From NCBI GenBank assembly GCA_951406725.2, contig OX597829.1, positions 33,108,001-33,172,000 on the forward strand: a DNA stretch of 64,000 nt, read 5' to 3'. This document shows, piece after piece, positions 1 through 12,635 of this stretch. The number at the start of each line of letters is the position of its first letter. The first letter of the stretch is position 1. The position numbers and the translations under genes were made by a program. Source of the DNA: Octopus vulgaris. Lineage: Eukaryota. Below the pieces are notes generated by a model that was not told the origin of the DNA, did no database searches, and was given only the letters and a program-made list of their open reading frames with translations.

Positions 1-897
1 TATAATTTGTAGCTTGATTCTCTTATTGTAGCCCTTTTTAAATACAGTATATGGGTTAGATAGTTTCACAAATAAGGATGATAATTGCTAAAGATTTGTT
101 AGTAAAATGTTTTAGAAATTTTACACATTATATCAACAATGAAGTTAAAATGGTTCCTATTTTTTCAGAGAAATTACCTGAGAAAATTATAATAATGTTT
201 CCTGTCAAAGAGAGCCTTACCATAATGGAACTTGTAATCTTTATCATTATCATAAAAACATCCAATTTTTTCCAAACTGCAATGCATTGGACAGGCTTTC
301 AGTACAGTGAGTCCCCTCTGTTGTAAGCATTCAGACCAATTCTCAAATCTTTGCTCTATTTCCTATGATATTCTTGGAGGTACTGCAAAACAGTCCTGAG
401 CCCTATATTTCCTCTTTTGACTAAGCCATAAAAAATTTTGTTTTTTAAATACCATGATGTGTTTTGATCCTGTGTCAGCTAATTTCTAAAGTCTAGTCTT
501 CTTTGGTCTTCCTCTGCTAACACAGTACATTTTATTGAGTAATCATACAACTATTGATCAGACTACTGAATCAATAGTTCTGAATAATTGTTTTCAAAAT
601 AAACTCTCTCCTTTATTGTAGAACTTTTAGTGAATGGCCTCCATCTTTCATGATGTTGACATCATGAAAACTTGACTTACTATATATTAACACTCAGTTT
701 ATAGTTGAGGGGGATTTTGATCACTATTAAGTTGATAACAGGAATTGTTTTTGTTGTTAGTGTTCTTGTTGTTGTACCTTATGTTATTGCTGTTCTGCCA
801 CATTGGTTGATAATTTTGTCAAAATATTTATAAAACAAGTTTTTCCATTGTTTATTTTCAACACAATGGCTACTTAAAGATTGCTTGTATTCAACAG

Positions 898-1110
898 GAA
901 TCATTTGAAAGAGGAATGGAATTACATGCCAAGATGACTATATTCTGTGAGGGTTGTCATGGACATTTAGCTAAACAGTTGTACAAGAAGTTTGATCTGC
1001 GGAAGGATTGTGAACCACAGACTTATGCCATCGGTTTCAAGGAACTCTGGGAAGTTAATGAAGCAAACCACAAACCTGGGAAAATAGAACACTCAGTTGG
1101 ATGGCCTCTT
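898..1110 (+). CDS. ETFDH: ETF-ubiquinone oxidoreductase, internal coding exon (first in window; upstream exons lie outside)
   Basis: caacAG acceptor at 896-897, GTaagt donor at 1111. Encodes [35 protein letters not shown]...HSVGWPL, matching ETF-QO; 213 nt, phase 0/0. Confidence 0.96.
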
Positions 1111-2059
1111 GTAAGTTCAATCTTCTACAGATGTACTTTCACTTTTATGGGGGGGGGGGATTTTTTTTTTTTTTATGTGAATTTGTTAGTCTCTACAAAA
1201 GGTAGTAGAATATCTCTCATTTCTACTCTATTGCAAGCATTCAGATCTGGTCTTTGGTTTGAGGACAGCTTCTCGTGGAAATTCTTTTTTCCTCCTGGCC
1301 AAGCAATAAAAAAAGGAAAGTAGTAACAGCACTTTCCAAGATATGTGAGCAGTACTTTAATATGGTTAATAATTTATCATGGCTGAAATATTTCCTGGTC
1401 CCAAGGAGTATTTATAACACAGTTTTAATAATGTTTAGTTTATCTGGTTTTTGAGGCCTAGTTTTTGCAAGAATTTTGAGTTTTTAGTTGTTTGTTATTT
1501 ATGAATGTGAGTTGTGAGACTATTTCTTTGACATGAGTACAGACTGAATTGCTATGCTATTGAAAAGTATGAGATAACCATGTCTTCATTTACATTCGTT
1601 ATTAAAGTTTTTGCCTTTGAATTTAGGTTACAGGTGAATGGCACCTAGAAGTGTGTATTGTTTAAGTGACAATAAATAATTAGGCCACTGATATATGGAA
1701 GGAAATGTATGTGTGTGTGTAACACATAGCTATAATTTGTGGTATACCATAGTTGCTAGAATGTAAACCATAGAGAGCCTCTGTGTATCAATACAATTAT
1801 ATAGCCTGATAGGAAACTGGTAAACCCAAAGGTGATCAATACACTAGAAGATTCTTATACCAAACACATAGTGGTGGCTTTGCGAATATCAAGAGCAACG
1901 TAGTTGCTCAAGGTTGATGGACAACAGATTAGTGACAGAAGATCTGGCTTTATATATATATATATAAAGTCTCAGTGGAGGGTGAAAGAAAAGAGGCGTA
2001 TTAAAAACTGTTCTTTTCACCTTTGACATGTTACTACTAAATATACATTAATGCTTTAA

Positions 2060-2273
2060 CCCATTACCATTTAAACTGGCCATATCCAGCCCAAATATTC
2101 TATGTTTTATGTTCAAACTGACCGAATTCAACCTCTCACACCTACCCTACCATGTCATTGTAAAAATAAACAATCACATCATTGAAATGTAGGAGCAGCA
2201 AGATAATGCATGATTAATTAAAAAAAGATGTGAGTAAATAAGCATTTGACAGAATAATCTGAATGCTAAAAGG
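2060..2273. mobile_element. piggyBac-like MITE
   Basis: TTAA on both sides (2056-2059, 2274-2277); imperfect terminal inverted repeats CCCATTACCATT / AATGCTAAAAGG; non-coding. Confidence 0.7.
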
Positions 2274-2333
2274 TTAAAATAGTTAAGGATCTATTTTATA
2301 TATTTATTAATATCTATGAGCTTTAATTTTTAG

Positions 2334-2408
2334 GATATGCACACCTATGGGGGATCATTTTTATACCATCTTGGTGAAGGAGAACCACTTGTTGCTATTG
2401 GATTTGTG
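2334..2408 (+). CDS. ETFDH: ETFDH coding exon (not in ORF track)
   Basis: ttttAG / GTaagt boundaries; [25 protein letters not shown]; 75 nt, in frame with neighbours. Confidence 0.95.
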
Positions 2409-2539
2409 GTAAGTAGCTTTTACAACTTTGTTTCCTTTTGTTTTTTTCTTTGTTTCTTAAAAAATCTGTTCTTTTTTTTTTAGTTTTGTTGCTTGGAACA
2501 ATAGGTTTATATATGTGTATACTGGGGTCAATGGTATCC

Positions 2540-2830
2540 CATGCCGGGGTACCATCGTGAAGAATTTTAAGTCAAATGAATTGACCCAAGTTCTTTTTTT
2601 TTAAGCTTTGTACTTATTCTATCAGTCTCTTTTGCCAAACTGCTAAATTACAGGGGCATAAACTCACAACACCAATTGTCAAGAAGTGGTTAGGAGACAT
2701 ACACAGACATAAAGACACACAGATATATGATAGGCTTCTTTTCAGTTTCCATCTACCAAATCCACTTAAAGGCTTTGATTGGCCCAAGGCTATAGTAGAA
2801 AGTACTTGCCTAAGGCACCATGCAGTGGAA
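2540..2830 (-). mobile_element. degraded SINE (same family as 28150-28540)
   Basis: shares GTACTTATTCTATC..TCTCTTTTGCC and CTTCTTTCAGTTTCC.TCTACCAAATCCACT blocks with the copies at 28150, 60740 and 62055. Confidence 0.7.
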
Positions 2831-3733
2831 TATATAATTTAAATCTTTATGCATGAACTGCTAGTGTTTGTTATTTCTTCATCATGTGTCCATTCTATTT
2901 CTCCTCAGCTATTATTCAACCATGAACAAGCAAAGAGGAAATGAAAAAGGTTGATAAGTATGTGTGTGTATATATACACACATATATATATATGTATATT
3001 CTGTGGACTTTAGTGAAATGAAGTGAAATAGGTACATCTGGGAGTTGTAACTAGGTCACTAGACTATAAAGCACTCATTGTCACACACATGCTCATGTAT
3101 TTGCTCTCCAGTAAACACACTGTAGAGTAGTGAGAACACTAGTCTTATGAGGCAGAAGGCAACATATCTAGCGCAGTGCTACAGTGAACTGCATTTGTAC
3201 ACCCAAAGTAAGGTGGTATGTAAACAAGTAGGGACAACACGTTCAAAGGAACCCATTAGACTCATCAAAGAAATTACAGCATCCCTAGTGTTAGTACCAC
3301 AATAAAATGCATCTAGTAAGTTATGACTTTTGGCAATACCAACCTGGAAAACATTGCCTAAGGTCTGGATATAACTACATTGCTTGCTTTAGTCTGAACA
3401 ATAGAACAGGTTGAACACTGACATGCCAGTGAAGAGGTTAGCAGCAAGAATATCTGGCTGTAAACAAATCCATGCTACCTGTGATGACATAACCTCAGTT
3501 TTACATTTGCTTTTTTCATGCTGATACAGGCCAGATGAGAATTTTTGAGATAGTATTTTATGGTCTGATGCCCTTCTTGATACCAATTCTTTTATTTATC
3601 TCATATGACATGCAGGGAATGATCTGTCACCCTTGTTAACATGCAACAGAATGTAAAACTGTTACCCCCCAAAAAAAACATTAAATTATCTTAACCTATA
3701 TATTTTTTTTCTTTTCCATGATTAAATATTTAG

Positions 3734-3877
3734 GTAGCTTTGGACTATCAGAACCCATACTTAAATCCTTTTAAAGAATTCCAAAGATTCAAGACTCACC
3801 CTAGCATCAAGAGTTTATTTCAAGGAGGAAATAGAATAGCGTATGGTGCCAGAGCTTTAAATGAAGGTGGCCTTCAG
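3734..3877 (+). CDS. ETFDH: ETFDH coding exon
   Basis: tttAG / GTaaac; [23 protein letters not shown]...[12 protein letters not shown]; 144 nt. Confidence 0.96.
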
Positions 3878-3978
3878 GTAAACTATTTTTTTTATTCATT
3901 TCTTATTTGTTGCTTAGCCCTAGATCAGCTTTAATTGATTGAGTTTATTATTAAAGTGCTGTATCTGATACAGCATTT

Positions 3979-3980
<2 letters not shown>

Positions 3981-4072
<92 letters not shown>
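3981..4072. repeat. (TG)46 microsatellite
   Basis: perfect TG run in ETFDH intron. Confidence 0.98.
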
Positions 4073-4073
<1 letters not shown>

Positions 4074-5004
4074 AAACTTCTTTCCAGGTTTTAAGATTAA
4101 AGGATGTAATTTGAGGGAGATCCTATACAGTTGAATAACCAGGTAAAGGCCACTCTCTCTAGATCAATATCTTTAAGTTGGTTGTTGTGACAATTGTGAT
4201 GAGATGTAGATTATAGAAATTTCTCCCTTTTAACTTGCCCCATACTGACTCACATCATTTAACCAACCAAAAGATTAAATGATAAGTTATTACCTGAATC
4301 TGCTGTTAGATTGTAACACAAAATGCCTTGCAGTATTTGTTCTGGCTGTTTTACATTCTGAATTGAAATCTTAATGAAGTTGTAAAATCAATTTAACTCT
4401 CTTCCTCTCTCAAAATTTTGGCTTTGTGCCTATGTTAGAAATTAACATGTGATTTCACATTTACTGAGAAGCAGAACCTCAAGTGACATTAGTAATCACT
4501 ATGGCCATGTGATGATAGCTAAAGTAGAGGTAGGTAGATGATGGTGATCTGGTCATATGACAATAGTAGGTTGTTGCTACAGTAGATATTGTTGTTATTA
4601 TTTACCCCCTGTTGAGCTCTAATTGAACAAACCTTAAATCAAAGACATTCCAACTAAGGTGCAAGGAATCCAGAACCACTTTATCCAACATGTCCAGGGT
4701 GTGTTTTAAGTGAGATATGCCTGCTATTTTATCATATCAAGCAACCACTCAGAAGCCTCCACAATAGCTTGCCATACTTGGCTTAAATATTGATGGTATG
4801 TACTTATGATGGAAATGGATGGTGCAAGTGTATAGGCTGGTGATATATGTTAATGAATGGTTGTTTAGAGTAATGGTAGTTGAGAGTCATATTACATGTG
4901 ATAGTAATAGTACATGGTAGCTAATGACTACATTGATGTAATTATACAGCAACTCAATCACTGTTATAGTTAACATCTCAATTATTCTGTTCTTGCTTCT
5001 AAAG

Positions 5005-5167
5005 AGCATACCCAAACTTACATTCCCTGGTGGCTGCCTCGCAGGTTGTAGCCCTGGATTTATGAATGTACCAAAAATTAAGGGTAGCCATAATGCCATG
5101 AAGACAGGGATGCTGGCTGCTGAAGCTGTCTTCGACATCATTGCAGAGGATCCAGATTCTGCATCAG
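5005..5167 (+). CDS. ETFDH: ETFDH coding exon
   Basis: ctaaAG / GTaaga; [40 protein letters not shown]...; 163 nt, ends phase 1. Confidence 0.95.
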
Positions 5168-5788
5168 GTAAGAATTACCTTTCAGTTAAAATTTTTTTTT
5201 TAATTTATTTCAAAAGATGAATGGGAAGAGTAATGTTTTTCTCTTCTTTTTTTTCTTTTAGTAAGAAGGAAAGACAACACTATGACCTATTACAGGACCT
5301 CCGGGGCTGGTGAATGGGAGGGAGGAAGGTGTCCTCAAACTGAATATCTGGCCCTAATGCTTACAATAGAGTGAATTTTTCTAAAGGCATCTAAAGTGCC
5401 AAGTAGTGGTGTTTAACTGATTAAGTAATCCATCCAAGTAGGCCATGTTAGGATTTGAACTCAGGATGTTAAGAGCAGGAACAAATACTGCAAGACATAC
5501 AATCCAATATTCTTGCAGTTTTGCCAGTCTCTCACCCCTGGATTGTTACTTGTTTTTATCATTCCAGAAAAGATGAATGACAAAGATGGCTTTGTTGGGA
5601 TTTGAACTTGGAGCACAGAGAGTCAGAATAAATACTGCTAGGCATTTTATCTGACACTCAAATAACTCTGCCCAATTTGCCACACTAAAGATTATGCACA
5701 GGTAGAGTAAACACTAGAAATATACAGAAAATAGACTCCATTAAATGCCAGAAGGGATACCTAGAAGTAGTTGATTAGCTTTTGTTAT

Positions 5789-6240
5789 CTAGGTGACTAG
5801 GTCAGCAGCAGAAGTGGATGCTCTGAGAGCAAAGCTGCTACAATAAGAATAGACTGGACAAAGTTCAGAGAGCTTCCACTTGACAACAAAGGGCTTATTG
5901 CTCATAGTGAAAGGCAGATTGTATGATGCCTGTGTGCAAACAGCCATGCTACACAGCAGTGAAACATGGGCTACAGAGGACATACAAAGGCTTGAAAGAA
6001 ATGAATCTAGTTTGCTGTGCTGGATGTGCAAAGTCATTATGCATTTACGACTGAGTGTAAGCATCTTGAAAGAAAAATTGGGCTTAAGCGGCATCAGATG
6101 TGTGCAAGAAAGGTATCTGCACTAGTATGGTTATGTGATGTGCATGGATGAGGGCAGCTGCAAAAAAAGTGCCAATCTCTAACTGTGGAGGAAACTTGTA
6201 GAAGAGGTAGACCCAGGAAAACATGGGACAAGGTGCTGAA
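5789..6240 (+). mobile_element. RTE-clade LINE 3' fragment
   Basis: translation KGRLYDACVQTAMLHSSETWA...LERNE...WMC, also seen in the RTE copies at 7041-10900, 45200 and 50000. Confidence 0.85.
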
Positions 6241-6659
6241 TATTTAGAATCTCACTGTTCTGATTTCAAATCATGTACCTGAATTGAACCAGGGACAAAT
6301 CAAACTACCAGTCTATGATTATATTTGAATAGGGTAAAAACTATTTGCTGATATGCCATGATGGTACACATGTAAGATTTTCTCTATACATAAAGATGAG
6401 AATGTCTGTCTGTCTGTGTGAATGCCTAAAACTCGAGAACTACCCAACCAATTTCATTCAAATTTTACACATGCGTTACTTAGGGTCCCTACAGTGTCAG
6501 GGGCCAAAGAAATTTCAACTTCTTGCCTAAAGTCCACGGGTTGATTTCTTCAACTTAAAGTCAGTATTCCAGCATGACCACACTCAAATGATTAAAACAA
6601 GTAAAAGAGTAATGTATATATATATATAATCAAAATAAGCAACAGGATATCAAGAAGTG

Positions 6660-6746
6660 ATGCAGTATGATGTTTCAAGCGGCTCCATTTAATTGAACAA
6701 TGCAATCGTTACTTCAATTTAAATACAGGGCTATCCTCAGCTGCAC
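6660..6746 (-). ncRNA. degenerate type I hammerhead ribozyme-like motif
   Basis: minus strand reads gTGCAG-CTGAGGA-[AGC..ATTTAAATTGAA..TTCAATTAAAT..GCT]-GAAAC-ATC-ATA-CTGCAt; helix I TGCAG/CTGCA; cleavage triplet looks CpG-decayed. Confidence 0.5.
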
Positions 6747-7040
6747 AAATAAATAAATAGAATTTTAATCAGTTGGACACATTAATATAATCTTACTCAA
6801 ATACTTTAATAGAACAAGACGATAGAAAAAATCCTTGTTGTCGCTATTGTAGCTAAGAATATACTACACTTCCAAGAAATACATGAAGTTTGTTGGGATC
6901 ATAGCTTGTAAAGGATTGTGGTTCATTTTTAATTAATTAGTCTTTTTATCAACTACTAAATCTAAGACTAGAGGACTGTGTCTGTTTAGAATGGAGTGCA
7001 GGAGTGAATTGACAGCTCATAGCTAGGTATGGTTATAAAT

Positions 7041-10000
7041 ATTGTCCAATTCTTCTCTCAAGACACTTACACTCTGTCGTACATGCACACTGACATTGCA
7101 CATCCAGTGAAGCATGCTAGATTCATTTCTTTCAAGCATATACATATCCTCAGTGATCACAGCCCATATTTCACTGCTGTGTAGCATAGCTGTTCACACA
7201 CAGGCATCATACAGTCAGCCCTTCACTCTGAGGGAGAGGTTCTTTGTTGCCAACAGAGGTAGGAGTTCTCTGAATTTTGCCTGGCCTATTCCTATTCTTG
7301 TAGCTATGCTCTCAGAGCTACTGACTTGGACACCTAAATAACGGAAGTTATCAACTACCTCTAGCGAACTTTTCCTACAGATCAAGAGGAGCCATCTACC
7401 TGAGGGAATTTGTGATTTGTGAGCTTTCTTACTTACTAAGACTTTGGTTTTTTCTAGATTAACTCTAAGCCCTTTGATTCTAGACCTTGCTTCCACACAT
7501 GAAACTTCTCCTCTAGTTCTGATAGTGATTCAGCTATAAAAACAAGGTCATCAGCATAGAGGAGCTCCCAGGGGCAACCCGTCTTAAATTCTTCTGTTAT
7601 TGCCTGGAGGACTATGATGAACAAGAGGGCACTGAGGACTGATCTTTGGTGAACCCTCACTTGTACCCTGAATTTCTCGCTACACTTGTTGCCAACCCTC
7701 GCCTTACTGACAGCATCCTTGTACGTGGCTTGTACAGCTCTCACCAACCAGTAATCTATCCCTAGTTTCCACATTGATTACCAGGGACCGGAGGACCCTG
7801 TCAAAGGCTTTCTCCATGTCAACAAAAGCCAGGTACAGATTTTTGTCTTTGGCTAGGTACTTCTCCTGCAGATGCCTTACCAGAAATATAGCATCAGTGG
7901 TGCTTCTCCCTGGCACAAAATCAAACTGCATCTCATCTAAACGCTCTCCCTTATTAGTTGGGCTATGACCCTCTCTGTGACTTCCATCACCTGACCCAAC
8001 AAAGTGATACCTCTCTAATTATTTCTAAGTCGTCACCTTTACCTTTGTAGCAGTTAACTATGATACTGCTACACCAGTCATTGGGTATGACTCCTTCATG
8101 TTTAGCCTGATTAACTATATGCGTGACTAAACCATAATCCACACCACCAGATATTCTAAGCATCTCAATGGTTATTCTAGATGGGCCAGGGGCTTTTCCC
8201 ATCTTCATAACCTTCATGGCTTTGTTTACCATGCTACTGTCTATTCAGAGTGCTGGTCCGTCTATTGGATCCACACTAAGTAGGCTCTCCTGCCATGATT
8301 TCTCTACATTTAGTAGCCTTTCATAGTGGCACTTCCAAACCTTCTTTGCAGGGTTGCTAACTGCCAGTGACCCATCATCCATGCAAACATATTTCTCTCC
8401 TACCACATCACAATTTTCTGACACACTTCAACTCTCTGGTACTCACGATGCAGAACATGCCAAAGTTCCTCCTCTCTGCTTCTCCCCTGGCTAAATACAC
8501 CTGCCTTCTAGCCTCCTTCCTAACTACCTGATATTGTTCCCTGCTACCACCACCCTTCCACTCTTTCCAGGCCTGCTTCTTTGCTCAAATGTCTACAGCA
8601 TCGCTCCACCACCACATCCCCCTACTTCTGGTTGGGACTTTGCACCAGCTGCAGATTTGGTACTCAGCAAGCTGTCCTGCAGGAATTCCTAGTTGCCCTC
8701 TATGTTACAAGTCTGTAGTTCCTCCTCCTTTGCATCATATTTCTCAATTAGAGTGTCCCTAAGTCTCTGACCATATAAAGGATCTGCAAGCTTCCAGATC
8801 CTCCTTTTCCAGATTGGTCTGCTTATAGGCAACCTTTTGGCCTGAATTCTAAAGTTACTGATGATTAGTCTATGCTGGGGGGAGGGGATTCTTCACCCAG
8901 GAAGCTCTTTGCATTTATGAGCAGCCATGTACAGAGGTTGAACAAAATAATGGAAGCACTTAGCATCAAAGCATCATAATTCTGAAATATCTATAAAACC
9001 ATCAAAAGCTTGTTTATTTTCATGTTCTTTGATGTATTATTAGTGTTGCTTAATATGTTTTGCTAAAATTGCTGTTTCTTTCCAGATATTATCAAAGAAA
9101 GGTAATTAAAATTCATTAAAATGACAGATCTATCGAACTTTCAAAGAGGTCAAATTGTTGGTGCTTGTATAGCAGGCGCTAGCGTAATGAAAACAGCCGA
9201 AATGTTTGGTGTATCAAGAAGTACTGTCTCAAAAGTAATGAGAGCCTTTGAGAAACAGGGAAAAACCTCCTCGTTGAAACAAAACTCTGGAAGAAAACCC
9301 AAACTTTCAGATAGGGACCTTTGGACTCTTACGCAAATTATTAGAAAGGATCACAAAAGAACAGCTCCCAAAATTACTGCAGAGCTTAATGACTACCTCA
9401 AGAACCCAGTTTCCACAAAAACTGTTCACCAAGAGCTGCACAAAGCCAGATTTCATGGGAGGGCTGCAATCAGAAAACCACTACTTTCAAAAGCAAACAT
9501 TGCAAAGCGTTTAGAGTAGAGTAAAAATCTACAGAATTGGTCCCTAGAGCAGTGGAAGAATGTTATTTTCTTGGACAAGTCATCCTTTACATTATTTCTG
9601 ATCACCAGCCAAGTATACGTGTGGAGACAGCCAAATGAAGTATTTAACCCAGACTGCCTTCTTCCAACTGTTAAACACGGAGGAGGATCTGTAATGATCT
9701 GGGAGCTATATCTTGGAAATCTGCCAGCCCAATGGTTTCCCTTCATGGTAGAATTAATAGTCAAGACTATTTAAGCATTTTATCTGCTAAAGCTCATCCT
9801 ATGGTTGCAGAACTGTTTCTGGAGGGAAGCGCAATCTTTCAGGATGATAATGCACCAATTCACTCAACTAAAGTTGTTACTGGATAGCTTGAGGAACATT
9901 CTAATGAAGTTGAACATCATATCTGACAACCACAGTCACCAGATCTCAATATTATTGAACATTTATGGTACATTTTAGAAAAACAAGTAAGGAGTCGATA

Positions 10001-10900
10001 TCCTCCACCATTATCACTACAAGAACTGGAGACTATTTTAGCTGAAGAATGGACAAAAATTCCTTTGGAAACAATTCAAACTTTGTACGAGTCCATACCT
10101 CATAGAATTCAAGCTGTAATTACTGCCAGAGCTGGTCCTACCCCATATTAAAATATATTTGTTTGAAATTTTAAAGCGCTTCCATTATTTTGTCCAACCC
10201 CTAGTCTAGTGAGAATGAAATCAATCTAGCTTGTTTAGTCACCTGATTGATAGGTAAGCAGGTAACTGGCTGGCTTCCTGAAGTTGGTGTTGCAGATCAC
10301 TAGATTATTTGCATTACAGAACTCCAGTAGCCTTGTTCCCTCTTCATTTTGGAAACCAATTCCATGATTCCTATGTACTCCATGGAAGGTACCTAACTGC
10401 TGCTCAACATGTCCACTGAAATCACCAGCCACAAAAATGAGATCCTTGTCATTTGTCTTTGAGGTGGCCTGCAAAAGGCTATCATAAAAACAGTCCTTCT
10501 GTTCATTATCTTTGCTTATGCCTCCCAGGTGAGGAGGCATAGGCAAAGATAATTATTGCTGTACTATTCTGTAAAACTAGCCTGAGCTTCAGTACTCTAT
10601 CACACATGACCATATCAACCCATTTCTCTGCAAGAAGTATGCCCACACCACCTACCCCATCACTGTTACATTCCCAGATTTTATATTTATGCATCCTGCC
10701 TGTAAGGAACGTGGCTGAAGCTCCCCACCACCACCTTACTTCTTGAATGCAACACACATCAACATGCCTCCATTCAAGCATCTTAATCTCACCAGACCTA
10801 CCTTTCAATGTGCCTACACTGACAGTGCTAACTCTAAGAAACTGGAAAAGGAAAGGGACAAGGGAGGAACATGAGAAGAGGGGATAGTATTACACATCTG
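7041..10900 (-). mobile_element. RTE-clade LINE, near full-length but frameshifted (AP endonuclease + RT), split by a Tc1-like insertion
   Basis: endonuclease motifs CCIQEVRW, GVGGVGILL, FVAGDFSGH, LLEFC; RT motifs GKAPGP, FVDMEKAFD, ELLYADDLV, FRYLG. Confidence 0.92.
8932..10202 (+). mobile_element. Tc1-like DNA transposon with DD36E spacing, defective
   Basis: ~30 bp TIRs (CAGAGGTTGAACAAAATAATGGAAGCACTT / AAGCGCTTCCATTATTTTGTCCAACCCCT); TA at 8930-8931; transposase 9121-10151 with HTH, VIFLD, FQDDNAPIH, QSPDLNIIE, ...GPTPY; internal stops and a frameshift. Confidence 0.93.
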
Positions 10901-11585
10901 AAAAGAAGGTTTCAATGAATGTTTGATAACAGGTATGACACATCGGTTGTTCCCAAATTAATCTACCATCATTCAATCATGTTAAAATTGCAAAGCATTG
11001 TTTTAAGCATTAGTGTTACAAGCATAAGTGAGTCAATGATTAAATAAATAAACAGCTAATTGGTCATATCGTTATAAGAAGAGAGAAAGGAGTAGGTGTC
11101 TTGTTAACTGATTAAATATGTAATGCAGACTCTTTTTGATGCAAGCAGTAATGCTAGTGGGAGGAGCTACGAGAGCCTACCAGAACAGAGGACAGACTAG
11201 TACTGGTACTGGTTGTGGTGCAGAGCCAGAGCCACTATAAGGGAAGAGAGGAGACCATCCCATACTCCCAACAAGTACCAATTCAGAGCTATGGATTGGT
11301 AGGACACGAGATGTGGGTTGTTCTAACCCATTGCATTCAGGAATATCTGCAGTGACACCATTGTCAAGCTTTCCTTTGGACATCATCAGTGACACAAAGA
11401 AGAGAGGCAGAAAATACACCTTGCTCAGGCCTGTTCTTTGGGGAGCAACTTTGCTGATGCGGAAACACATGGTCAACTATGGCTAATGGAGGCCATGTGT
11501 ATGTGTGCAACAAATAGTTACACATTAACATGTCTGTGTATGTGTGAGTATGTATGTAGTTAGGTAGGTAGGTAGGTAAGTAGAG

Positions 11586-11601
11586 AGACAGACAGACAGA
11601 C

Positions 11602-11644
<43 letters not shown>

Positions 11645-11676
11645 TAGATAGATAGATAGATAGATAGACAGACAGA
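11586..11676. repeat. compound (GACA)n/(GATA)n microsatellite
   Basis: alternating GACA and GATA runs. Confidence 0.95.
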
Positions 11677-12034
11677 CGTATTACTTGAAGAAGGTTACAA
11701 AACTGATGTAATTATGGAAATCAAATAGAAGAATAAATCCATCACATTTGACACCCCCTGATTTTATACTTTATATATATATCTGGAGGAAATCTCTGGA
11801 GAGTGTTACTGTCTTTAAAATGATAAAGGTTCACTGAACAATGTAGTTCCTATTAAATAATATGTATTGATCAGGATTGATCTTGGGCTCAGCAGAGTAT
11901 ATTACTCTTCAAAATGCTTACTTATTTAGGTTTTCTTTTGTTTTTGCTTTTTATTGTTGTTTTCTTGGGGGGGGGGGGTTCTTTCATTCAAATTGTAAAA
12001 TATTCAAAAAACTTTTTCAACTGTCTTTTTCTAG

Positions 12035-12217
12035 GAAAAGAACCAGTAGAATATGAAACCACTTACCGAAACAGTTGGGTTTACAAAGAACTGAAAACCA
12101 TTCGCAATGTCCGACCCTCATTTCACTCCAGGCTTGGACTGTTTGGGGGTCTAATGTACACAGGAGTATTTACTTGGATCTTTCAAGGAAAAGAACCATG
12201 GACACTCTCACACAATG
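12035..12217 (+). CDS. ETFDH: ETFDH coding exon
   Basis: ttctAG / GTaagg; (G)KEPVEYETTYRNSWVYKELKTIRNVRPSF...EPWTLSHN(G); 183 nt, phase 1/1. Confidence 0.95.
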
Positions 12218-12436
12218 GTAAGGAGGTGTTTCATATAAACAATAAGCCCACACCAGTAAGGTTTGTTGTATTGTCAGTAGAATGTGGTAGATGTATCTGG
12301 ACCGGATGAGAGAGAGTGTATTGTTAGGATGGTGTTGTAGATGTATCTGGACTGAGTAGAACTGAGTGGGACGGATGGTGTTGTGTTAGTGATTTGGAGT
12401 GTTGTAAATGTGTCTAGACTAAGTGGAAGATACAAT

Positions 12437-12635
12437 ACTCTTTTCTATTCTGGGCACAATGCCCGAAATTTTGGGGGAGGGCCCAGTCAGTTAGATCAAC
12501 CCTAGTACACAACTGGTACTTGATTTATCAACCCCAAAAGGATGAAAGACAAAAGTCAACCTCAGAACGTAAAGACATGAAATACCACTAAGCATTTTGC
12601 CCGGTGTGCTAGTGTTTCTGCCAGCTTGCCACCTT
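12437..12635 (-). mobile_element. tRNA-derived SINE with Meta-like core
   Basis: AAGGTGGCAAGCTGGCAGAAAC head and CTTTCATCCTTTTGGGGTTGATAAA core on the minus strand; flanked by direct repeat TGGAAGATACAAT (12424-12436, 12635-12647). Confidence 0.85.

Noticed and set aside
10042-10080. CTGAAGA...GAAAC inside the Tc1-like transposase
   Set aside because: Coding-sequence coincidence; helices do not form
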